A stretch of 64,000 nucleotides of DNA from Moniliella sp. 'wahieum' (Eukaryota): NCBI GenBank assembly GCA_003971905.1, contig RSEE01000081.1, forward strand, positions 124,001 through 188,000. The letters are read 5' to 3'. Of the stretch, positions 35,901 through 48,757 are shown in pieces. Made by a program: the position numbers and the translations under genes. A model generated the notes under the pieces. The model saw nothing but the letters and a program-made list of their open reading frames with translations. It ran no database searches and was not told the DNA's origin. Each line of letters begins with the position of its first letter. The stretch's first letter is position 1.

Positions 35901-38557
35901 CGGAAAGTTGGCGGTATTGATTTCTTCGACCGTGCCTCTTGAACTCGCTCGAATGATAATGCCATTGCTGCTGATTTCTCCGGCGGGACTAACCGTTGAG
36001 AAATCTCTAGATTGCAGACGCCATTTTCGCCCATCCTGTTAATAGAGAGCATAGCTCTTATTGCGGGAGCTATATTTAGTGAATGTTATAATTTTACCGT
36101 ATCCATCCCCAGGTAGCTGCACAATAAACACCACCATCGTCCGAGACAAATGAAGGCAACCTACCTTTCGATTAACAAAAACACTCTATAATATGCTTCT
36201 GGAACGCACGATAATCGATGCATGCTGTATCCCTGGATTGATAATGCATGTGAAGATCGTAATGCTGTGGGCCTGTCGAGATCACCGGCAAGACCACCAG
36301 CATCGACTTCGAACGAACTCCTAAGAAAACCAAGAGAAGCGCTGTTATGTGAATGGCCGAGATATTCAGGAAAGTCGATGTGGGCGCAAGGCTGAGGGCG
36401 GGAGGATGATGAAGGCAAACCTAGCCATAGGGTGGTACACATAGCCCCAATCAGCTTAGATGCTAACAAACCGCATAGATGCTTCATGAAATAGATGCCT
36501 TTCATCTGCACTGAGTTCAGAAGGAACCGGGGCGAGAGGGACCCCCAAGGTATCGAAAGGACGATCACTTCGGCATGCTCATAAGCTTGCCTCTCCGGAT
36601 GAGAAGATGGGCTGCCCGCTTTACTCGTATACTGCGACCACGCACGTGTTGCGACCAACGAGGTCAACGATTATCTTATTACACTTATGGGCCGAACGGG
36701 CGCACATACGCAAACAACGAACGCATTTACGACGCACCGCCAGCGCTGCCGGGAGATGTGGGAGATTGCCGACATTCCATCAGCCCCTGCCTCCGGCTCA
36801 AAGATAGTAGGTTTCCAGTTCCGCACGCTCTTGTGGCAGCATGTGCAAATGTGGCGTCATGGCCTGCACCGGCACCCAGTCCAAAAGTTTGGTGCATCTC
36901 ATGAATCAATGCGGGAGCCTATTCTCTTGCTCGTCTGCTCCATGCCTGCCACCCACATTCACAATAACGGCCAACTGTGGAGGAAGAAGATGGGACGAGA
37001 GGCATGGGAGGAAGGCAAGCGCACTGACTACCGGGTAATGGGACTGGAGCAATCGGGGGATCAAGAATGGAGGTTCACCATATACTCTGCGCGATTCGGG
37101 AACCCAGGAAGAGCCACACCGGCGGAAGATGGAACATGAGAGCACGGACGCCTTTGGAACGCGCGGGAGAAGGAGCTGCTTCGGTTGCTGGAACAAGCAG
37201 AATGCGACAAGAACGTCAAGCTAAGTATCAGGGACGCACCCAAGAGCCGTTTTTCCACCCTGGTCTTGACGACGCGAGGATACTACGGCATCAAGACAGC
37301 GGGCAAGGTGCTAGGGCACTGGAAGGATTTGTCTATACTGACTCTAAAATGGAGGAGATGGTTCGCCGCTCGGATATGTCTAGTACCCACGTTCATCTGT
37401 ATCCACACGCACCTCCTCGAGGGTATGGGAACTGATGGCGACCACCAGAGAGTCCTGATCAAGTGGCGATTCCCTGGTTCCTTAGACGGGGTTGGCGCTA
37501 ACATACATAACAAGCAACACACGCCGGATGAACAGAGGTCGGTTTATGCGCAGCGTTTCTTTGTCCCAGCTTTTAAAAGTTCTGTCAATGATATGAATGC
37601 AGTATAGAGAGAAGGGCAGTGCCGTGATTGGTCTGGGTGAGCTCGATGAGGGTGGCCGCCAGTCCACCCGTGGCAGTGGGTATGTGAGAGGCCGGTCCAT
37701 GGCTTGACCCCAAAATTGGTCGCACATTCAGACAGCCAAGGGAGAGACAACGACGAGTAGTGGAGGCGCATCGCGCAAGCTTGCTGGCCTCATCCACCGC
37801 GAGGTGAGTAAGTGCATAGCCCCCCCAAATTGTGAGCGCCTTTTTATCCATCCTCAAAGTACATGTGGGCCTTTGACGCTTTGACCCTGAACTTGCAAGT
37901 GTAGGCTCTTCTGCTTGCGCTTCCACATCTGGGGTTAGTTTCAGGTGGCCTGTGCGTCTTCAAGTATGATATCTGTGAGGCTCGCTCTTCCCTCGTGCCT
38001 TTCTCGCTTCTGCCTTAGTTTGGTTGCGACCTCACCGATGTCCGCCCAAACACTCGGCTGCTCCCCGTCATTCGGGGCATCTTCCGTTACGCGCTCGTCC
38101 GCTTTTTCCTCTCTTAGACCCTTTCGTCAATCTATCTTCCTTGAAACCCCGGGTCTATTACAAACCTTAACAATGAGCCAACAAAAAACAGCGTTGTTCC
38201 TACCAAGCTTGTCCTCCTTACACGTGGTTGCTACACCGTCCTCCCTTCTGCCCCCCCGCCACCCCCAGGAGGCACCAAAGCACATCAGGATCCAAACACG
38301 CGCAACAGAGGTCTCTGTGCTCACCAGGGACACAAAAAGGGGCCGGGGCGCCACGCGATCAACGGCGGGCTGGTCGGGGCGGTAGGGAAAAGCAAGTCCT
38401 GTCGGGGCACCGGTAATCCACACCAACGAAACCAAGTACGCGGCAGTCGTCTGCAAACGCTCAATGGAAGAAAGAAATGAGAGAGGCGAAGTGCACTCAC
38501 AGCATCGCGTCCTGCGCCACGATCTCCAGGCTGGCCGTTGCAAGCCTCGGAATCGCA

Positions 38558-40934
38558 TTAGAGTTCACCTTCTTCAAAATCGTCACCGTACCGTACCTTG
38601 GTACGCTAGGAACAGGAAGATCAGTCGGTCAGTATATACCCTTTGAGATATGTAGGATGATGGGAGACCATGACGTACCCGAGGAAGCAGAGGCGGATCC
38701 TCCGCCGCCGGTCGCTTAACCCTTTGTTATCCGACGCATCCGAGTCGGCTGCAAACCCTTCATAGTCCAACCGACGTGGGCCAATGCCGCCATTGTACCC
38801 AATACCTGCTCACGACGGAAAGGACGAGGATGTTCTGCCCGAGGCGGAATAGGACGATGAGCAAGACTGTTGGCGTCACGCCACGCATCCCGGTTCCACC
38901 TGTCATCCCTTGGTTCAGGACGACGACGATATTGTTCGCGTTCACGCTCACGTGCGCGTTCTCGGTCTCGTTCACGTTCGCGCTCGCGTTCGCGTTCACG
39001 CTCGCGCTCGCGCTCCCGTTCTTCCCGCTCGCGAGCCCGTTCCTTTTCCCGCTCAACCTTAGCTTGTTGCTTCCGTGCCGACTGCACATACAGATTCCAT
39101 GCCATCTCACGTACTTTGGCAGAGGCCTCGGTCCATGCTGCAAACGTCTGAAGTGGTTCCAACTTGGCAACCTCGTCAAACGACACATCCAGGGAGGTGC
39201 TCAAGCTGGCATCAAGCTGGCGCAGGGCGTACCGGAGATCATTGGCTTGGCGTTGGATCATTAATTCTTGTTTGCGGTTCCTCCGTTGGTGTTGGAGCAA
39301 CTGGTCTGGACGCGCGGGAACAAGAGTTTTCGTTCCTCGGCCGAAAGGAAACTGTTCAAACCCAACTCACTGACCTTGGCTTCAACGTTTCGGATGGAGT
39401 GTCCAACGTTACCTCCAACCCAGCCGTGGAAGTCTTGGCGCACTTGCTTGGCTGCCTCGTCCAAACGATGGTCCAGCTGGTCCACCAAGTCGTAGAAAAG
39501 GTCCATGGGGTGGAACCCGGCTGGCCCAACATGGCGCGCACCCGCTCATCCTCCTTGACAAGCGGATACACCTCGGTCCAGGTGGAACTAGCATGAATAT
39601 GACCCTGGGCGTGCAACGCTGCAACAATGTTTGGACCGCGACACGGCGGTGGTATTCCAGACGCGCACGTTCTTTTTCTTGTCCTTTCTGCGAATCCGTT
39701 CTTGTGCCTCGACTTGGCGCATGTGCGTTTCAAATACTTCGAGCAAATCGGGCAAGGAAATGGACTGCAAGGTAGGGTGCACTTGCCATTGGGGGGTTTG
39801 GACCAAACTGTCGTACGCTTCTTGCCAACGGGAAAAGACAGTCAAGTCCATTGCCTTGAGCAGGGTGGAAACGGTTGCTTTGTTTTCCTCTCGCGTTTTC
39901 TGTTCCTCAGCCTGTCATAATCATCACGTTAGTTTCGTGTCGCCTGAATCGACCGCACAAACAACCACACACAAAACGTACCTCGTGAGTTTCCTTCATG
40001 GTGCGGATGACATAGTCATACGCCTCCCTGCGCTCCGCCTCGTCGAGCACGGCGGTCCACTGGGTAGTCTGACCAAAAAGTTTGTAGGCCGACTCATACG
40101 AATAATACGGCTTGACCTTGTCCCAACAACTTTTGGAACGTACTGGCATACATGCGAATCCGGTCGTTCCGACGCTCCCGCTCGGCTGTTGAGCGCATCA
40201 ATGTACTTGGTAAATGCAGCCTTGCGGTCCGAGAGGGTAGACAATGACTTGTACAACGGTTCCGTCACAATATGCCGCATCGTCTGTTCCCACGTCCATT
40301 CTGGCCCGACCCCCTTAACCTGCAGCAGTCCCATAAACGTTCCTCTGCCGCATTCGACGCCGGTAGCACGTCCAGCTGCAAGGGTGCTAAGCATGCCCAT
40401 GAGCAGAAGCAGCAACAGCAGGAGGCATCGGTGGGGCCGCCTGCGGGCGGAGGGAGACTGGCTGGCCGAACGGGCGGACGGGCGGGGAGGTGCGGGGGAG
40501 GTTTGGGCGGCTGGGCGGGCACGGGAGGCTGCTGAACAGGGGCAGGAGAAGAGTGTGTGCTCTCGGCAGCCTGAGGCGTGCCGACCGGAGCGGCTGGCGA
40601 GGGGCTTTGCGGGGCACCATTCAACAAAGCTAGAGGAAGAGAGCGGGTCAGATGAATGCTGCGAAAGGCAAAGGGAAGAGAGGTACGGTACCTTCAGCTC
40701 CGATGGCAGCGTCCAGTGCGTTCCTGGGTGTGGTGGAAGAGTTGACATAGTAGGTGCGGTCGCCCGTCTTGTAGGCCTTCCATTCGTCTGGTCGAGGAGG
40801 CGTTCCTGCTCGGTCTTGAGCTCGTCGGGCTTTTGCCAAACGGAGCGCTTCTCTTGGGCATTGTACCAATACACACGGCCGTTAGCATGGGTGTGCTCGC
40901 TCCAGGCCGAGGAGGGGGAGGCGGTTTCGGGCAT
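38558..40934 (-). CDS. PRP40: Pre-mRNA processing factor Prp40 (2 WW plus FF domains); frameshifted
   Basis: WSEHTHANGRVYWYNAQEKRSVWQKPDELK and WKAYKTGDRTYYVN..T.WTLP (WW domains). GVGPEWTWEQTMRHIVTEPLYKSL...RKAAF and STWTEVYPLVKEDER...MLGQPGSTP.DLFYDLV (FF domains). Arg/Glu dipeptide tract. Last exon RTKVRYGDDFEEGEL* follows intron 38606-38678. Confidence 0.95.
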
Positions 40935-43371
40935 CGCGCACTGACCAAGGAGCTTTCCCCGTGTGTGGAGGAGGCAGGGGCGCGGAAAGTGGTGGTGGTG
41001 GCAAAGAGGCGCCGCCGGACGCCGTCGACAATGAAGACGACGACGACGACGGCGGCGGCGAGCCAGGATGCTAGGGTTGATTAGCTAATAGGGCATTTTG
41101 CGCAGATTTTCAACCAAACAAATGCGACTGAAATGTCATATTTCAACCTGCAACTGGCGCTTCACAAGTACCAGGGCATACATAGCACGCAGAGCAGCCA
41201 TAGCAGGCGCAGCAGCACAACCCGACGAGCGATGGACGTGTCGACTGGCCTACCCCAACCACCTCACTGGAACCGACCGATGTTGGGTCATACGTGTGGC
41301 AATGATGCAGCAGCCACGCGTAGGCCCGAGGCAGCAGCTGAGCGCGAACGCGAACCCAACTAACCCCTGCTTTGCCAGACGACACGCTGAGCGGGGACAC
41401 GGACGCAGCCCTTTGCCCCACCGTCTCTTCGCGGGCAAGCGCTTTGGTTCCGGGAACGTCATTGGGATCCAGTCCCTGGCCGAGTCCAGAAGGGGCGAAC
41501 CACACCAGAAGGAAAGACGTACATTGCCGACGACAACGGCCGCACCACTACCTCGGTCATCGCGCTGCAGGAACAACAACAGCAATAACAACCTCGATGG
41601 TACCCGACTGTAATTGGTGTCCCAAAAGGGTCCGTTCCCGAGCGGGTGGGGGATGCGGTGGTCGGCGACGGGGCGGGTATTGCTTTGTGGATCACAACAC
41701 AACGCAACACCATGACCACCACCTTGGACAATCCACCGCCATCTTGAATGATCCACGATTGGGCTGGATCTCAGATCCCACTATATTGCCCTCCCGACCG
41801 GCATTTGAGAGAGTGAAGGAACAGTGTCAAGTGTTTGTCTCAACGCTGGCTTACCGCTGGCTTTACCAAACTGAGATACTATGCCGCAAAAAGGCTGTTA
41901 TAGATCGAAGTATTTAGTAACCTGGAACTGTTGATTGGTGGTGACGGAGAAGATTGATCAGGAAGATTGGAAGCGATGGGCGAGTACTGTGGGGCTTCCG
42001 AGCACGGGATTGAACGTAGTCCAATGGTTTGGGGAGTGCGTACTGTCGCAGCCGGGGGACGAGGGAAACGACTGTTGCAATTAACTTTCGACTTGTACTA
42101 TACCTCGCGAATGCCTGTGAATATGGAATGGTTTCTGTCACCACCAGCAGTACGGTGGGGCATCTCATCATCTGCCTCCTGTTCGGGCCGCAAAGATCAT
42201 GATGATGAATGTCGATGACTGTCATCGACGGTCACACACATGTGATCCGTGGTGCCCTGGCGCTCTCTCTTCTGTTCCGCTTGGCACTTGGCTCTGTGTG
42301 CCAGGGCGCTGGTGGGTGCGCTGAAAAAATGCGATGGAGGTGTGCGAGAGAGTGGAGATCGAAGGACGAAGAAGTAACTGGGCTGTGGCAGATTGAGCCG
42401 CGCAGGCAGGGAGGGCATGCCACATGGCGGATCACGTAATGCTGACGCGGAGGCAGCCGACGCAAATGACGTAGACAGCGGCGCGCAAACACGGCAGGCG
42501 GGGGCAGACGGGACACTGGCGCGGTGGGGGAAATGGGCGTGCGCATCGGGAGGGACTGGGTCAGGCGGCGAGCGCCGAGGAGCGCAGGCGGCGGGGCGGA
42601 GGCGCAGTGCATGTGGGGGATGCTCGATGCGGCGGCTGGGGCGCATGCAGGGCGGCGCAGCGCAGGCGACGCAGGGGGCAGGCGGGCGCCAGGGTGGTGC
42701 AGGGTCGTCCACAGCTTTGGGGCGCGTGCGCTAGGGTTGCGCAAGGTGTCGAATCGCATGTCAGATCTCAGAGACCAGGCGCATCGATCGCTGAGCGCTG
42801 GTCGCTGATCTCAGATCTGGGATGCGAGGGGCATGCATTAAGCATGGTGCCTGCCACACGCTGCGTCTGCGTGCTGGGCGGGTGGGTCGTGCTACAGACG
42901 GACAGACTCGACGGCCCTCTGTTCCCCCCACCTTGCCGGGCCCTCCTTGGCTGCCCAGCCCACCGAGCCCACCGCTCTCCTCGTCTTTGCCGTCGCCCTC
43001 GCCCTCGCCTCGCCTTATCCTCGCCCTCGCATCGCCCTCGGCCTACCCGCCATCCCGCCCGTGGGCATGCACCCCGCCGTCTGACCCCCCACCCCCTCCC
43101 CTGCCCTCCTCTCGCGCGTCTATCCACGCCCCCTGCTCTGGTCGCCCACCCGACCGCCTACGAAGAGCATTCATCCATACCCGCCTCTCGTCTCCGTCTC
43201 TTTCTCTTTCCCGTTCCCTTTCCTTTCCCTTTCCCTTCCCCGTCGGCCTTGTCCTCGCGGCCTCATTCCGCCTCTCCTGCCCGCCTAGCCTCCCTGGGCC
43301 CATCCTTCCCTTCCCTCTGCGTTTCTCTCTCTTCCTCTCCTTCATCTCCTTCCTTGGCCGTGGTGCTGCCC

Positions 43372-45191
43372 ATGCGACCGAGCCCGCTGGACCTTTCTCA
43401 CGATCCCCGATCGGACCGCGGGTACGCAGTTTGGATCCACTCGATAAGCCAGCCCAGATCAGCTCGGAGCGGAGCACGCTCGCAGGCGCGCCCTCACCTC
43501 CCCCTCCTGCTTGCTCCTCGGACCCCTGCAACGCACCCACCCCAACTCCCGTTCCGCTTCTCTTGACCTGCCTTGCCCCACCTCATCATCCCCTCCTGCT
43601 TTGACCCAAAGCACGCGCTGCCGTAACGGGACCTACGATCTCAATCCCCGTCTGGCTGCTCAGCGCCTGCCAAAGTCCTCGTCTGAACTCCCTCGTTCAA
43701 CGCGCTCCTCTCAAGCGGGCAGTCAAGATCACTCTGATTCTTCCGTTTCCGCCTCCGAGGACATAGGCCCGACGAGCGAGGCAGATGGCACTCATGACAC
43801 CGAAACGCGCAGCTCCAGTGAAGAAGGCGGTGTGAGCAGCACCTCGGACAGTCGTTCTTCTTCCTCGCTGCTGTCGGCCTACACCTCTGCCTCTACATCG
43901 ACTATTGCTACTACACCCGCGTCTGATTCGTCCATCTCTTCCTCTCCTAAGCCTTCGACACCTAATGACCCCACCCGGTCCGCACGGCGGCCCATCGCCT
44001 TTTGCATGTTGGGTCCTTCCCTGGGTGCCAACCACCCGCGAGACTTTCCCAGCACGACATGTTGCCGCCCCTTCGTTCTTTGTACCATCATCGTCTTCCT
44101 CTGCGCCCTTCTCCTCGCCCTTCCCTCCGCCCTTCTCGCTCCGCCCCATACGCGTTGACATTCAAACCTTCGCCTTTCTCGTCCTCGGTCACACCCAGCC
44201 TGCGCGGACCCTCTCCTGCCCGCCAGCAAAGGCGCGCTTGGACCCTGTGCCTCCGCGCCTCGATCTCGCCCATCAGCCCACCGTACGGGACCTTGTATCT
44301 CATGCACAACGCGGAGCACCTGGGTCCAAGCTTTCTCTCCGTCCCAACATGATCCAGGCACCCACATCTCATCTTCCAGCTCCCGTATCCCCAAGTACGG
44401 CGGCGCGGGGGAAACATCATCCAATCCCCTGATGTGTGCATCCCCGTCCGAACAGGGATGCGGCCTTCTTCCCCCCTTCGTCCTCGCGATAGCCGCCCGC
44501 CTGGTCCCGGGGTAACGAGTGACCGATCTCGTTTTGACTCCCCCATTGGCTCTGGCTCTGGCAGTGCCTCCGCTGGCTCAGGCTCGGGAGGGCGTGGTGA
44601 TTCGGAAGGTATGGATCAGGAAGCCGAATCGGAGGAAGAGGAGCAACCCAGTTCGGATCCTGGTGCGCCTGACACTTCCTCTGAAGAGTCGTCTCGTTTG
44701 GACGAAATGGGATCGAAGGAAGTGTCGTCTGAGCTGATGAATTGTACGATGGCCGCCCAATTGGCATACGCGTACCATCCGCATAAGATTTACGTCCCAC
44801 CACGTGCTTCAGCTCCCGCTTCTGCACCCGCACCCGCGTCTCTCGATCGGACCCGTCCGGGCTCGCGAGAACGTGAGACGGTAGCCTGGACGGAGGACAC
44901 TCGCACCCGCCGCCACAGATCCGGTATACGCTTCGTCCTCCTCCGTCAGAGTTGAACCTGGCCTCCCTGGGTGGTGGGCATCATCGACATCATCACTTTA
45001 CCTCTGCCACTGACGCCATGCTCTGGTTTGGGGCAGAACTGCGCAAGGCGCAGTTTGACTTGGTTCTCTCACCTCTCATGCCCCCCTCGGCACCCACACG
45101 AGCAGAGTGGGTGCGGCAACAGGCTGCTGAGCAAGACGGTGTACGACCTCGGACAGCTGGGAAGCGCCCCGTGGCGGTCCTGGGGGCGTAG
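43372..45191 (+). CDS. Hypothetical Ser/Pro-rich, largely low-complexity protein; frameshifted
   Basis: Chain of overlapping + strand frames with coding-like composition (MRPSPLDLSHDPRSDRGYAVWIHS...; SSEEGGVSSTSDS; EAESEEEEQP; DAMLWFGAELRKAQFDLVLSPL). No recognised domain. Confidence 0.5.
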
Positions 45192-45998
45192 ATATTTTGT
45201 GTTGTGGCCTGAAGACGTCAAAGAAGAATCGCTAGATCTCCCCTCGCGCTCTCGTCCCGTCAGAAGGAGTGGGTCAACCGACTGTTGCCAGCAGTGGCTG
45301 AGCTGGAGCCCAACTGGAGCGAATGGGACTGGGGGGACATCTGATGTATGTTCTTCACGCTGTGGATGTGGGGAAAAAACGTGTGGGGGGGAAGGGGTTG
45401 AGTTTGACCTCTTTTATCTTCGTTTGGCATTGTGCTGCTGTTGGCTCCTATTTTCCGTCCTCTTTTTTTGTCTTTGGCGCTTTCTGTCTCGTTTCCTGTT
45501 CCCGTTCGGATCTGTTCCAGCTCAAGCTCAAGGTCGACTGAGTGGTCTGCTCAGGGCTGCCTGAGGCCGGAGGTCAGGCCTGAGCGATGGGGCAACCAGA
45601 CTATCGACCCACCCTCGTGCTCCGTCGCACCGGCAAGGTTCTTGCTGGCTGGAAGAAGAACAGTCCGTTGCATGTCGGATTGCCTGTCCACCATGCCCTC
45701 TGCAATGCATCATTCCTATGCTGTGTGCCTGCCTAATAGATAACGTGGTTCACAGGCCCGGGCGAGGCGAGTGTGCGGAGCTAGAACACTGCCCCTGTGC
45801 TGCGCCGCTGGTGCCAGAGCTCGGTGGGGCAGGCGAAAAACACCACATGCTGCTATTTATAGTGGGAGCCGCGACCATGTTGTTTTAACCCTCGCCCCTT
45901 CTGAGCCGCATGCTTGCCATCTGGCCACTGGCGCGCTCCCTTCCTCTCTCCCTCCCGCTTCCCTCTCCCTTTGCACCACCACCGACACAGGCGCAGCC

Positions 45999-48757
45999 AT
46001 GGCCTCCCCCGCCACGCTCTCGGCCACGGAAGGCAAACGCCCTCCGCTCATGGTCCTCCGCGCCCGGTTTGGCTACGCTGCCCGCTCCCCAATCGAGGCG
46101 AGCGTGGACGCAGGCGACTTTTTCCACGTGCTCACCCCCCCCATCACCCGGCTTGGTACAATATCTGCAACCCCATTACGGCGCACAAGGTCTCGCCCCC
46201 ACCTACCTCTTCCATGTCCTCTCCCGTACAGCGGCATCCACACCACCCTCTTCCCCGCCCGGCGATTCGCCCTCGTCTCGAACGCAACCGTCGATGGGTC
46301 ATACCAGAGGAACGTCGCCCCGCACCCTTTCTTCCAGTGGGGGCGAATCCTGGGCGTCGCTGCCACCGGCCCCCCCCACCACCCCACCAGCCCCATGGGG
46401 TATGCAGGTACCAAATTCCAGAGTCAGTTGCCTTGTTGGTGGGCCAAGCATTGTACGATTTTACCCCCTCGGCGCCGGACCAGCTACGTGTGACGCACGG
46501 AACGAGGGTGAGAGTGTGTGCGCACCTTGGTGGGGAGTGGTTATGGGTTGTGCCACTGGGGCAACAGGAGACCGAATCTAATCAGGGTTGGTGCCCACTT
46601 CGTGTGTTGCGTTGCTGGATCGGCGTACGGGCCAGCCGCTCAGCGAGAAGCCGACCGACTTGGTTGCGTTGGGCATTCTACCGTCTCTCGAGGAGTGGAA
46701 GAAACGTCATGGGTCGAGCCTTTCAGCACAGAACAGGACTTGTCTGCCTCTTCGGTCATGCCACCCGAAGAGACCAACCCATCTTCTCCCGCTTTCGATA
46801 GCCTCGATCGAACCGCCTCTTCGGATTCGTTTGCGTTTGGCACGTCACCGTGGCAAATGCCACCTTCTATGGTCGACTCGCACCACCCGCCTCTCCCTCG
46901 TCCTCAAACACGGTGGACAAAGTCGAAAAGCGCGACGATGACGCATACGGGCAAACAACCTTCCCTCTCCCACCACCTCAAGCCCAAACGCACCGCAACC
47001 CCAACGGCCAAAGGCAAATCTGCCAACACGTCCCTCTCTTCCCAGCCCACAATTTCGCCCCCCCCTTAACCAACCCATCTCTCTCCCACAACCCAACGGG
47101 TTCATCGGTGATTCGGATTGGGTCAGCGCCCACACCTCCTAAGCAGAAGGACCTCTCCTCCTCGGGGACTGGAACCGAAACCGGACCCGAACCGGAACCG
47201 GAACCAAATCGCCCCCTACCCATCCCCCTCTTGGGACCAACCGGCCATTCCCCCCCTTGTGTCCCATCGCCATCACCATCGTCCTCGTCATCGTACCCCA
47301 CCACCCCGGCGTTCCCCCACCCTGTGCCTTCCTCCACCCCTCGTCTGCTTCCCCTTGTAGCCACCACATCTGCTACGCGCAGGGTCGAGTATGCCGCGCC
47401 AGTCTCGGCAGCTCAACCTGCCCTGTCAACCACCTTGCCACCCCATAAGGCCCACCCATCACCTCAATCCGATCCCGCCCCGCCTCGTGCCGGAGAAAGT
47501 GGGAGTGGGACGACTGTCCGCTCTTGCCCGAGGGAAGGCCGAGCGAGGCGTGCGTGGAGACGGTGCACGCTGGCGAAGGAGAATACTGGTACCGTATCCG
47601 GGTGCGGTGGTCATGCGTGGCGCAGCAAGAACCCGATTGGGAATTGGAGTTGTACGTCTCTACGAGGACTATGGCAGGGTGCACACGCTGCCCTGCACAG
47701 TCACCTGGAGAGTAAGATGGGGTTGGGGTTGGATGTGCCAGGCGACAGTTGGTATCGTCTGTTACCGCGGTTACCTCCGTTGTACTGTCACCCTCCTCTG
47801 TCGTCCCCTCGGGCTGAAGATGTTCGGGCACTTCGATTGCCGTTGGACGTCTATACGCGTGCATTGGTCCAATTGCCCTCGAGTTTGTTCCCCCGGGACC
47901 TGGTCCGTTCGTTCTTTGTCCGCAACCGGGTGACCGGGGTATACGTCGTGCTGCGCCCCTCCAGCCCTTGCCCACAAGAGATGAGACAGAAGAGCAGCCG
48001 AACCCGGCTCCGATGGCGATCCGTCCCATCCGAAGAAGGTAGGACGAAGAGGTCTCGAGCCCGACATGGTGCGGACGACAACAATAGTCAGCTCACTACC
48101 AAGCGGCCCGGATGGCCGCCTAGAAGAGAAAGCAAACAGTCCAAAGCAGCGGCGATGAGATGGAAAGCAGAGAGGAGGAGGAAGTTGTGGAGGTGGGGGA
48201 AGAGGAAGAGGAAGAGGAAGGAGACGAGACGAAGACGAACGATGGGCGTCGTTGTCGTCCGATCAAGTGATCCATTTCTCATCCTCCACCATCTTGCCCA
48301 TCGTGACACGGAATGTGACGGAGGACTAACGGAAGAGGTGGATCGGATGGGCGTATCCACTACCCACGGGTACGCGGGCCACCAGGATAGAAGCGAGCAA
48401 AAGACAAAGAACACACCAAAACGCTACCACTGCGCTTGCCCAGTCCTCCCCTCCCCGTCGCTACTACCACTCGCCCTCACGCGACCCTCTTTGGGCGAGC
48501 GTCCTTCGGTGGGTGGACCAAGATCAAAGTGTTCCACTCGGCCACGGACGAATTGGTCGCGATCCGTCTGATGCAAGAACAGTAAGCTTTGGGAATTGCT
48601 GGGTAAAGTACGAGAACGTCTGGGGGAGCAAGTGGAAGTGTTACGGTATGCCGAATCGCTAGATGCGGCCGACACGGAAGCTGCCGCTGCGGCTAGTCTG
48701 GCCGAGGCGGTGGAGGGCGGGAAGAGGTGGCGCATCCGCGTACGGGGCGGATCGTGA
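45999..48757 (+). CDS. Bem1/Scd2-like polarity scaffold (SH3-SH3-PX-PB1), divergent; frameshifted
   Basis: SH3-1: VLRARFGYAARSPIEASVDAGDFFHV...WYNICNPIT.AQGLAP. SH3-2: GQALYDFTPSAPDQLRV...CAH.GEWL...GWCP. Bem1-type LPSLEEWKK. PX: CVETVHAGEGEYWYRIRV...YEDY...LDVYTRALVQLP...VRSFF. PB1: TKIKVFHSATDELVAIRL...LLGKVRERLG. Confidence 0.8.

Noticed and set aside
29850..38500. Mating-type locus or intact transposon in the low-GC island
   Set aside because: No homeodomain, STE3 receptor, CAAX pheromone, RT (YxDD), integrase, LTR or TIR could be recognised.
39631..40944. 437-aa + strand ORF
   Set aside because: Antisense shadow of PRP40.
42607..43604. Several long overlapping Pro/Ser/Arg-rich ORFs
   Set aside because: GC-rich, pyrimidine-skewed promoter/5' UTR sequence that lacks stops by composition.
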